Both the position numbers and the translations under genes were made by a program. The notes beneath the pieces are model-generated. The model was given only the letters and a program-made list of their open reading frames with translations, was not told the origin of the DNA and ran no database searches. From NCBI RefSeq assembly GCF_030144855.1, contig NC_082721.1, positions 73,966,001-74,030,000 on the forward strand: 64,000 bases of DNA, in the 5' to 3' direction. This document shows, piece after piece, positions 22,382-33,479 of the stretch (positions are counted from its first letter, which is position 1; each line of letters starts with the position of its first letter). The DNA is from Hypanus sabinus. Its lineage: Eukaryota.

Positions 22382-25155
22382 CTTTCTAGATGTGTGTAAT
22401 GTGACACTTGACTTCTGTGCTGAATGCCCTGTTCCATGATATGTAACCCATTTGGACTCCGGCATGACACTGAACAATTTAGGTTGTTGCACTATTCCCT
22501 GGCAGACATTGTGAAAGTGAATGGAAGTCATATCTCTGTGAAAAGAAAGAGGTACCAAAACTAAACTTCAGTCAGCCAGAAGCTGACAAAATGATTAATA
22601 AAGCAAAAGAAGGAAATGACATACATCATATCTTAGATAACAGAAGGGAAGATTTCTATCAGGCATACTTTAATAAAGCTGTTTAACTGTTCAGACATTA
22701 GTGTTAATGTAATGAACAGGCTAGAGCTGATGTACTAACTCACCAGAGTCTTTGTTGGGGATTATCAGCACTTTGAAGATTAAGCAAAGTGTGATGAGTT
22801 TGGAAGAATGAGAGAAATTTATCATTGAAATATATAATATCTTGGGTCCTTTGATACAGTTGATGCTATGAGAATAATTCCATTCATAGGGGAGCTTAGA
22901 ACTAGAAGATGTTGTTCCAGGATAGGGTGAAGGGAATTTTTGTTTCACATAATGGTTCTTTGAAACTTTCCAGCCCCAAACTGTGGATACAAAGTAATTG
23001 GTTATATCCGATGGCAAGAGAGATTTCTGGACCATCCTGCAGTTGAAATTTATAGGCATCAAATAGATATATGAAGGTCAAAGATAAGAGCAGCAATATG
23101 TCACTGGCAGAGCAGACTCATTGAAATGTTTAGCTGATTTATATTGTAATATATTTAACAATTTTCTATTGAAAATATTTACCTTTTCATCATGAAAAGC
23201 TTTGAAATATACAGCATGCATCATTGCTTTTACAGAAAGCTCCACATAGTAGTTACCCAGTTTTATTGTTCTAATCTCACTTGTAGTTTTTGTAGTGACC
23301 TGTATGCCTTCTACCATTGTTTGCACACTGATAAAAAAGGATTTTTTTTCTTGTTTTCTTTATCAAAATCCATCATAATTTTGAAGATCTTCATCCTATA
23401 TTTGAATATCTATCTCTCTAAAGTAATCTTTTTTCCCTTACCATAATTGAAGCCTCTAGCATGATATATTTTAAACTTCCATTCTTCTGCTCTAGATTCT
23501 CTGAAATAATGTGCTCAAACCTTAGCAATGTGATAACCCTAGTAGTAAGAAGTTTTGCCAAAGAAGTAAGAAGTTGTTTAAAGTCAGAGAAGTACTGAAT
23601 CTTTGCAGAGTTGAGTTTTAAAGATAAACTGTGCAGGGCATACAGGTGAAATGCTTCTGGTTGAAGTAGCAAGGCTTTGTGCTTCCTCAAATGGCAACCA
23701 TATACTGGCAAACATTTGTAATCTAAAATTCTTTGTTATAAACTTCCTCATGTCACAGCATAATCTTAGAATTTTTGTAACATTTGACTCTAATGTGAAT
23801 TGATCAGTCATTTGCCATATTGCTGCATTTGGTGAACAGGCTTTTTAGCTTATCACAAATTGCATGTGCTGCACATCTAAGGAACCAAACCTCATGCATA
23901 CTGCTGGTCTGGTGAGATGATCACATAAATAAGTAGCATTGGGCTTCTTTCTAAAATTAAAGAGAAGAGTTGAAATTTTAATGCCAGTTAGTTTAAAAGT
24001 TTATGATGATATTGTTTCAGAAGACCTTGCAGTATGTGCTGTTAGCTTAACCACACTGAAACTTGTTGAACTGTGCAGTCAAAATGAAAGGAATGTCAGT
24101 GGAGATGAATATTTCCCAAATACAAAAAAAATTACAGTGGTTTAATATTCTCATAAATCTCTTTTTCTGGAGCATCATGTTACCCCAGATAATATTTATT
24201 CTTGATCTGAACAGTAATAATCAAAAGGAATTAACTTGTATTTCTGTCCAAGGATCCAGTGGCCCCCATCTGCTTTTTGCAGGAAATAAAGCACACTTTG
24301 AAGTGTAGTCCCCATAAAAAGTATGAAATACACTAGTCAAGACTTTTTTTCTTCTGCAATTTCTGGACAGATTCAAGGTGTTAGAACAGAGACCAGAAAA
24401 TTCCTGGACTTACTATAGGGAGGAGCAATTCAAGTCCAATCTAAGGTGAAAAAAAACGTAAGGCCCTGCACATCCTCCTTATGAAAAATGTGCCAACAGA
24501 ACTCTTCAAATTGCTCAGAATATATTCTGACATTATTACCATCATTTATTTGAACATCACTAACACAGATAATGTGATCATTATCACTTAAGCATTTGTG
24601 AGTACTTGCTGTAAGGTAGTAGTGTGATGATCTACATTTCTGCATTTCTAGTTCAAGAAGTTTCTGAACATCCTTTGGCAGATCCTGAGATGGTGATCTG
24701 CACCACATCCAATATTTGGGTTGTCATCTGGCCCCAGTTTTTTCTGCCTTGCATTAAAACATATGTTGCAATGGCCCTGGATGGAAATTTCTGTAAAACT
24801 GTCTTTTGCAGATTCTGAGATTGTATACATAGTAAAACTCGCCTTTCCTTCAAAAAAAATCTTACAGTTTTAGAAATGAATAGAGGGATATAATTTGTTT
24901 ACGTTTTTGGAAACTAAACGTTCGATCCTCCAAGCAAATTTTCACTCCCATCTGACCTCACCAGCTATGAAATTCTTTGGATATTGGCATGTCAGAATAG
25001 TTTGAAAACTGTCTAACTGTTTCTGAAAATAAGTATTATTTCATTATTACCGGAGTCAATTTTTAAATAGTGTTTGTCAACTGAGGAATTTTAATTGCAA
25101 TGTGACTTACCATTGCTAATTTCCCTTTGTAACTCCCCACCAAGCTGTAATTAAG
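22382..25155 (-). pseudogene. Cluster of candidate exons of a decayed multi-exon gene (identity unknown)
   Basis: Minus-strand splice-bounded blocks: 25111-25144/25155 (ATG|GTAAGT), 24610-24847 (ttttttttgaag|..ACA|GCAAGT), acceptor at 23876, 23442-23500 (tatttcag|..ATG|GTAAGG), 23183-23327 (ccttttttatcag|..AAG|GTAAAT), 22382-22535 (ctctttcttttcacag|..AAG|GCAAGT). I could not join them into one stop-free frame. Confidence 0.45.
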
Positions 25156-25309
25156 CTGTAAGCATTTTAGATTCATAAATCAACACGGTATTTGAAGGGA
25201 AGTAACTTGTATTTCAGTTTGATGTAGTTGTAGGGAAGTAATGGTATGTCATAAATTTGTAAGATTATGTGCAAGATCTTTCACTTTCTCACATTTTTTT
25301 TCCTTTCTC

Positions 25310-26835
25310 ATAGAGGTCATAGAACACTACAGCACAAAAACAGGCCCTTTGTCTCATCTATACTGTGCGGAACCATTAATCTACCTAGTTCCGCCAATTG
25401 CACCCAGACTATAACCTTCCATACCCCTCCCATCTATGTACCTATCCAAATTTCTCATTAGTGTTGTCATTGACCTCACACAACTTGTGCAGGCAGCTCG
25501 TTGCACACTCTCACCACACACTGACTGAAGAAGTTCCCCTTAAATGTTTCACCCTGAAACCATGACCTCCAGTTGTAGTTTCACTCAACTTTAGCGGTAA
25601 AAGCCACTGAAGTTTCAAAATAACATACAAACCCCTGTACTAAATAAATTGATTTATGAATACCAGTGTGTCAAAAGCTTTTTTTACAACCCTATAAACT
25701 TGTGATGCCACTTTCAAAGAATTATAAATCTGTACTCCCAGATCCCTCTGATCACTCACACTCTAGAGTGCCCTACCATTCACCTTGTAAAAACTACCGT
25801 GTTTAACCCTCTGAAAGTGCAACACCTCACTTTGTCTGCACTAAATTCCATCTTCAATTTTCAGCCTATTTTTCCAACGGGTTCAAATTTGCTGCAAATT
25901 TTGATGGTACTCCTCACTCTCCACTGCATCTTCTATCTTGGTGTCATCAGCAAATTTTCTGATCCAGGTTACCACATTATGATCCAGATCATTTACATAA
26001 ATGACAAACAGCAATGGGCACAACACTGATTCCTGCAGCAACATCACTTGTCTCAGGCCTCCAGTCAGAGAGGCAAACATCAAAGATCTATAACCACGCT
26101 CTGACTTCTTCTGCAATATCATTGTTCAATTTACTTTCTTGTCTTCAATGTTAAGCAACTGAACCACCTTGACCAACCTGCTAAACAGCAGCTTGTCAAT
26201 GGCTTGCTGAAGTTCATGTTGACAACATCCACTACCTTGCCTTCATCAACTGTCCTAGTAAATTTCTCTAAATACACTTGGAGTATTGTGAGCAGATTTG
26301 GGCCTATTAGAAAGGATGTGTTCAAAGTGAACAGAGTTCAAAGGAGGTTCACGAAAATATTTCCAGGTTTGAGCGGCTTTGCATATGAAGAGTGCTTGTT
26401 GGCTCTGGGCCTATATTCACTGCCATTCAGAAGATTGAGCGGTGACCTAATTGAACCCTATTGAATCATGAAAGGCTTTGATGGAGTGGATGTGGAGATG
26501 ATATTTCTATAGTAGGAGAGTCTAAAACCAGCGTACACAGCCTCAGAATAAAGGGTTGAACCTTTAGAACATGGATGAGGAGGAATTTCCTTAGCCAGAG
26601 GGTGGAGAATTCGTGGAATTTCTTGCTACGGGCAGCTTTTGAGGCCAATTGTGTATGCATTTGTAATGCAGAAGTTTACATATTCTTGAATCATCCTGGC
26701 ATAAAGGGATGTCAGTGGAGGGGTGGGGCAGTGTTCTGAGCTTGGGACTGAGAGAAAGAATAGATCAACCATGATATAATGATGGTGCATACTCAATGGG
26801 CCAAATGAACTAATTATGCTCCCATGTCTTATAGA
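25310..26835. mobile_element. Two CR1 3' fragments in opposite orientation (- about 25310-26280; + about 26280-26835)
   Basis: Minus: LCPLLFVIYVNDLD..RKFADDTKI. Plus: RKDVFKVNRVQRRFTKIFPGL..GLYSL..GDLIE. Confidence 0.82.
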
Positions 26836-28083
26836 ACACAGTCTATAGAATTGAATAGTTCAATTAATACACTGAACAGAACAGAGTGCATAATTAGAGT
26901 AAAGGAGTGTACAGTCCATATTACTCTTTGAAGAATGGAATTTTCCATTTGAGCTAAGGAGGCGATGATTTCATTGAAAAGAATTAAGTCTAAAAATCAT
27001 CAGACATAGGAGCAATATTATACATAAAATTCCAAAATGGAAAATCAATATTGATCTCTATAACTCTTCAGTAAAATATTCAAGAAAATAATTCCATTCA
27101 ATATTGTTTCTAAACTTCTTTGTTAATGTGTGTATGAACTGGTTGTTTAATATAAACACTTATATTTACTTTTGATTACTCATTTGAGGTATTAACCTCA
27201 TGGTATAAACTGGCCATGTTCAAGTTGAAACATTTTCTTTTCGACAATGCGTGGCTATTCAACTCTTATTTCATAATACCTTAGCACCAGAGCTGTCACG
27301 GCTGATAACTTGCAAAGTACTTTTATGTGTTTGTTGTTGATTTTTTACTTCCAACTGCATGAAATAAATCTGATATTTAACCTTATGTGTAGCTTTACAA
27401 CTTTTGCGCTTATTATCTCCTTGCAGAAAATTAATGTTATTGTTTGACATTGAAGTTCATCTCCTGAGCATTCATTAGTTGTCAGCTCAACAGACAAGAA
27501 TATCATACTCTATTGTGTAGCAGCTGGAGTCTCACCATGCTTCCAAAGCAACTTTCAATCCATGCTACAAATTGACTTGTCTCCTCTAATCTGTTGTGAT
27601 AGTTGACATTATCTGGCTGAAATGCACAAGTGAATGAGACTGGGAAATGCACACCGTGGAATGAGTGTAGGCACTTGGCACAATACAGAATATAATTCCT
27701 GAAATGAAATCAATTATTATTCAATTTAGTTCAGTTTAGGACACATAGTTGATAAAACATCGGATGGAATGAGATTGTGCATTCAATGTCATCAAGTACT
27801 CGGCCACTGGAATGTAACTCATTTAAGGGATGGATTGGATTGTACGTTCTTTATAATGAACTTGCGGTTAATGGACTGGGATGATACAACAAATGCAAAC
27901 ACATGAATAATCTTTGGAATTTGACTGCAACATTGCTGATTGCAGCACCAATTAATGTTCTGAGATTGGAGGTGTTTGTGACTGAATACCCGTCAACATT
28001 AAATAGACAGGAGAATCCACACAGGATAGGAAATACATCAAGGAGTAAGCGTAGACAATCTAAGTTATAGAATGCACCATCAA

Positions 28084-28121
28084 TGCGCGCGCGTGCACAC
28101 ACACACACACACACACACACA
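28084..28121. repeat. (GC)n(CA)n microsatellite
   Basis: tgcgcgcgcgtgcacacacacacacacacacacacaca, read directly. Confidence 0.95.
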
Positions 28122-29149
28122 ATATGTGTATATGTACGCATGTCTGTATGCATATGTAAGTCCAAAATAATATGTAGCTTATTGCAACGTATGGTATTTT
28201 TATGTATCACTGTATACTGAAGCAGCAAAGTAACAACTCTACGACATATGCTAACGATAATAGACTTGATTTTGATTTAGATTCTCATATAGATTCACAT
28301 TAAGAGAAGACTATTGATGAAATTTTATCACTTACTCTTTGTAAGAATGTTTCAATGTGATAGAATCCTGATCAACGACATGTCATTCATACTAGATTCA
28401 ATACAATACATGCCTAATTATATTGCTAGTGGGTATGATGCTTACAGAGTTAATGAGAATGACAGCCACAGCTAATGGAGAAAGGTGTATTGAAGTTAGA
28501 GGGCTGGTGAATTGGGTGTATTATTGATGCAATTGGTAGGAAACAATAGAAGCAATATTGCACACAAGATGAAATGAATACACACTACATGGAATGTAAC
28601 CATGATACAGGGAGTATAATCACAGAATGTCTGTATTGAGATAACATAATCAATGGAAGACAGAACACCAACCAGGAATATCACAATAGAATTCATACAG
28701 TAAAGCCCACAACTGTCAGAACAACATTATATTATAAAAGTGAGACTGTATAAAATCCAGAAAATTTAAATCCACCTTGTAAAGAAGGTGATTTTACATA
28801 GCAAGGAATAGAAAACATAGGAGGACACTAGAACGTGGGGAAACTGTTCTTTACTTCTGAAGAGTTAATGTTTCTCAATCTCCAGTTCTTGGGGCCTCTG
28901 ATAAGGGTCCAGAAAATATACTGTCATATCAGACAAAACCAAAGTTTGCCTTACCATGAGGGAGGAAAGCTGGATACCTTGTCCCTTTTAGTAGCTGAAG
29001 CATCTATCCTATGCAATGTACTGTTGAATTTTCTGAATACATACTGTATCTAGAAAATTAATTTTTTGTAGAGAGGAAGGAAGGAGGGAGAGCCTGGCCA
29101 TCCAGCCACTCCAGCTGCACATGGATGAAAATTCCCATAAAACTCTTTT

Positions 29150-32130
29150 ATAGGGTCACAGTCATAGAAAGGTACAGCATGGAAACAGTCCATTTGGCCC
29201 ACCTTTTCTGTGCCAAACCATTTAAACTGCCTGCTCTCATCGATCTGCACTGTGATTATAGCCCTTTACACCCTGGCCATTCATGTACCTATTCAAAATT
29301 CACTTAAGCATTGAGATCGAGCTTGCGTGCACCATGTGCTGGAAGCTCGTTGCACACTTTCATGATCCTCTGAGTGAAGATGTGTTTCCCTGAAACTTTT
29401 TACAGTTCATACTTAACCCATGACCTGCAGCTGTACTTGCAATCAACGTCAGTGGAAAAAAGCCTGCTTGCATTTCCCTATCTATACCCCCATAATTTTG
29501 CATACCTCTATCAAAATTCTTCTCAATCTTCTCTGCTCCAAAGTATAAAGTCCGAGCCTATTCAATCTTTCCATATAATTCTGGTCCTCAAGTCATGGCA
29601 TCATGGTTGTAAATTTTCTCTGTCCTCCTTCAAACTTATTTACATATTTCCTGTGGTAGTAAATGAAAACTGAATAAAGTATCCAAATTAGGCCTCACCA
29701 AGGTGTTATGCAACTTCAACACAACAACTCATCTCCAGTAACCAGTACTTTCATTTATGATGGCCAATGTGCCAGATGCTTTTTAATGACCCTATCTGCC
29801 TGTGATTCCACTTTCAATGGATTATGGACATATTACCAGAGTCCACACTCCTTAATAACCTACTGTTCACAGAGTAAGAATTACCCAGGTCAAACCTATC
29901 GAAGTGCAATAACTTGCACTTTTATGCGTTACATTCCACCTGCCATTTTTCTGCCCATTTTTCCAGCTGAACAAGATCCTGCTACAGCCCATGATAGTCT
30001 TCCTCATTTTCCACTTGCAACTGCAGTCTTGGTGTGATCCACAATTTTGCTTATGCAGTTAACAGCATTACCATCCAGATCATTGATGCAGATGACAAAC
30101 AGCAATGGACCCAGCACTGAATCCTGTGGCACTTCACTAATCACAGCCCTCTTATCAGAGAGGGAACAATATACTACCACTTTATGCCTTCTCCAAAAAG
30201 ACAATGCCTCATTCAATTTACTACCTCATCTTCAATGCTGAGCAACTGTACCTTAATGACAAACCTCCCATGTGCAACTTTTACAAATGATTTACCATCT
30301 TTCATATGAACAACATCCACTGCCTTGCCTTCATCAATGTTCCTGGTAAATTCCTCAAAAGACTCTATAAGACTGGTTAGCAATGCACAAAGCCATGTTG
30401 ACTGACCCTATTCAGTCCATTTCTATGCAAATACTCATATATCCAGTCTGTCAGAATAACTTCCAATAAGCCATAGAAAGGGTGCAGTGGAGATTTACAA
30501 GGATGTTGCCTGGATAGGGGCGCAAACCTTTTGAGAATAGGTGAGTGAACTCGACCTTTCCTCCTTGGAGCAACGTAGGATGAGAGGTGACCTGATAGAA
30601 GTATATAAGATGATGAGGGGCATTGATCATATGGGTAGTCAGAGGCTTGTTCCCAGGGCTGTAACAGTTGCCACAAGAGAAGAAATGTTACAGGTGCTGG
30701 TGAGTAGGTACAGAGGAGATGTCAGGGGTAAGTTTTCATTCAGAGAGTGATGCGTGCTTGGAATGGGCTGTCAGCAATAGTGGTGGAGGCGGATGTGATA
30801 GGGTCTTTTAAGAGACTTTTAGATATGTACATGGAGTTTATTAAAATAGAGGGCTATAGGTAAGCCTAGTAATTTCTGAGACATGTTTCGCATAACTCTG
30901 TGGGTTGTGTTTTAGGGTTTCTATGATTCTAATATTTGCACTACTGATGTCAGGCTCACCAGCCCATAGTTTCCAGGTTTATTTTTCTAGCCTTTTCTGT
31001 ACAGTAGAATGACAACTTTAACTAACCTCCAAATCCTCTGGCACTTCATTTGTCATGAAGAATGATGTAAACCCCTTCCCCCCCAACCCCAGGTTGATTT
31101 CTACATTTCCCTACTGTAGTGCCAGAGGGGACATTTTGTCAGGTGCTGGGGATTGATTCACCCTAATTTGCCTCAGACAGCAAATTCCTTCTCCGCTGTA
31201 ATCTGTATAGGATCCATAAAGTTTATGCCACTTCACCTGACATCTAAAGACTCTGTGTTCTTCTTCTAATTAAATACAGATGCAAATATATTTAATATCT
31301 CCCCCACTTCTATTGTCTCCACGAATGGATTACCATTTTGATATTTCAGAGGACCAGTTTGTCCTTTACAATCCTTTTGATATTGCCATGTCTTTGGAAT
31401 CTTTAGAATTCCTCTTCTCTTCATGTCTTTGTTTATCTCTCCTGATGCATTTCTTAAGTGTTCACTTACTTTTGTTATGCTTCTTAAGCGTCCCATTTGC
31501 TCCTACCTGCCTGTACCTGCTATGCACCTTTTTTCCCAAATCTATGGCTTCAACGTTGCAAGGGAGGGCCTGGGGACGAATCCAAGTGCAGGATACAGGC
31601 ATGGAGTCAAGGTCGAGAGATGCTAGCATAGTTGTGAACGTGGAACAGGTAACCAGGGGAGTGTTGACTCAAAACTGAAGTTTTCGTAAAGTATCTAGAA
31701 AATGGAGTGGAGCATAGAAGTAACAATCCAAAGGGATCAGGAAACAAGGTTTGCCCTCACTGGAATCGACCAATGAACTGGCGACCCATGGCTGTGATGC
31801 TAGAGTTCTTATCCTATATTCTCTGATGGGAACCAGGTTTGCTGTAATTAGTTGTACTAGCTGCAACTGGGAACCAGACAACGTAAATTAAGGCACAGTC
31901 AAGGAGATAGGAGCGAGATGGGGAATCGACAGACAGGTCATGACATTGAATGTCTCATGCTAACCAAAGATCCCTAACCTGTTGTTTTCACTATTATTCT
32001 AACATGCACTTACAAGCTCTGTATCATCAACAGTTGATTTGTGAAATCCTTTCATTGGCAAAGTGCATTTTTTGCCAGCAACAGCCTGTTCCAATCCACA
32101 CTTGCCAGATCCTTTCTGATACCATTATTT
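29150..32130 (-). mobile_element. Old CR1 ORF2/3' region with nested insertions (CR1 3' end at about 30470-30930, +; solo LTR at 31554-31945)
   Basis: Minus frames SEVPQDSVLGPLLFVICINDLD, IYEYL..QHGFVH, GPLKYQNGN..EVGEILN; the nested + copy reads LSSLEQRRMRGDLIEVYKMMRGID. Confidence 0.82.
31554..31945. mobile_element. Probable solo LTR (about 390 bp)
   Basis: cGTTGC...CATGACA termini flanked by ttcaa and ttgaa (5-bp TSD, one mismatch); gacgaatccaagtgcagga resembles the LTR motif at about 38930 and, reversed, at about 51970. Confidence 0.6.
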
Positions 32131-32143
32131 TTAAGCTCCATGT

Positions 32144-32955
32144 TGTTACAATCCGGCAACAATGGATATAGAATTGAGACAGTTTTTTTATGAACAAAGA
32201 TACATTTATTTAAACTCAGCTCAACAACAAATGGAAGTAAACAAATGACTAACAACTGGAAGTTAACTGCTCTACAACAGCTCGAACAGTTTTTAAAGTG
32301 ATAAATACAAACACAATTCTTAACATGGTAAATATGAAAGTCCAAATGATTTGTACAGTCAATTAGGACAGATTTCCTGAAGTAATGAATTCCTCAACGA
32401 CGTGACGTTACTGCTGATACCAAGCAAAATATGCCTTTCCAGAAAGATTTACGAAGAAGGAAATAAAAATGGCTTAAAGGAACTGACCACTTCCTTGGAG
32501 AATAATGCTGTGCCCAACACTTTTTGCTTTCACAATGCAGGGGCTATCTCGGATACAGGTTACCACTTCCTGTATTATTGCCGACGATAACAACTTTACT
32601 CGATCCTTCAGGTTCCCGCACTTCGGCAAATCTTCACTCTCCAATACTTAGACTTTAAAATTAAATTGTAAGATACACCACACATAACTGGCAGTGATTT
32701 TCAAAACTGCCGGCAGCACTTATAGTAGAAAGTTAAACACTTTAAAACAAAACTGCGTCATGAAACCAAATATACAGGATAACGAAGTAACTGACGACTT
32801 AAACGACGCCACAACACAAAAACTCCTGCATCACAACAGCCTTATCCATTTATACCTGTTGGAACAGATCATCATGTGACCTCAAACTGGTGGGAAATTA
32901 CATCACCCCACCGTCACGAGACCATTACATCATGCTCACCACGGTGTATGTGAAA
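32144..32955 (-). mobile_element. Solo LTR (812 bp) related to 21362-22202, TSD ATGT, inserted in a CR1 3' end
   Basis: Starts TGTTACA; ATGT at 32140-32143 and 32956-32959; removal restores taagctccatgtacctatcc of the CR1 tail (to about 33160); shares ctgcgtcat, tttata(a)cctgt and accrtcacragacca blocks with the other LTR. Confidence 0.85.
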
Positions 32956-33479
32956 ATGTACCTATCCAAAAGTCTTTTAAAAGACCGTATTGTATTTGCC
33001 TCCACCACCGTTGCCACGCACTCACCACTCTGAGTAAAAAAAAGAACTTACCCTTAATATCTCTTCTGTACCTACTCACCAACAACTTAAATCTATGTCC
33101 TCTTGTGCCAACCAGTTCAGACCTGGAAAAATGCCTTTGACTATCCACACAATTAATGCCTCATTGTGGTTCCTCTTTCAACTGGCTGGCTACATTACAA
33201 TGGACACAGGAATTTATAAATAGACAATTGATATGATGTCTGACAACAATATGATTATCAACAACAATAATAAAGCTCAAAGAGCGTCCATTCTTCTGAG
33301 TATGCCAGTCAATAGAGAGGCTTTGGATAATCAGGCTGAGGTGCCATCAGGCTTCGGTGTGGTAGATTGTCCTATAAATTCCTCTTTGTTCTTATTTGTT
33401 CTTTTGTCTATTAGTTTAAGGCACAGTGTTTTGTACTGTGTGTATTGTGTGGGAAGACTGGTGAAGGTTTAGTCGCCCA

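Noticed and set aside
22400-22460. KWVTYHGT as a Gig2/PARP-like ADP-ribosyltransferase HGT motif
   Set aside because: No downstream GxGxY motif was seen and the reading frame of this block is uncertain.
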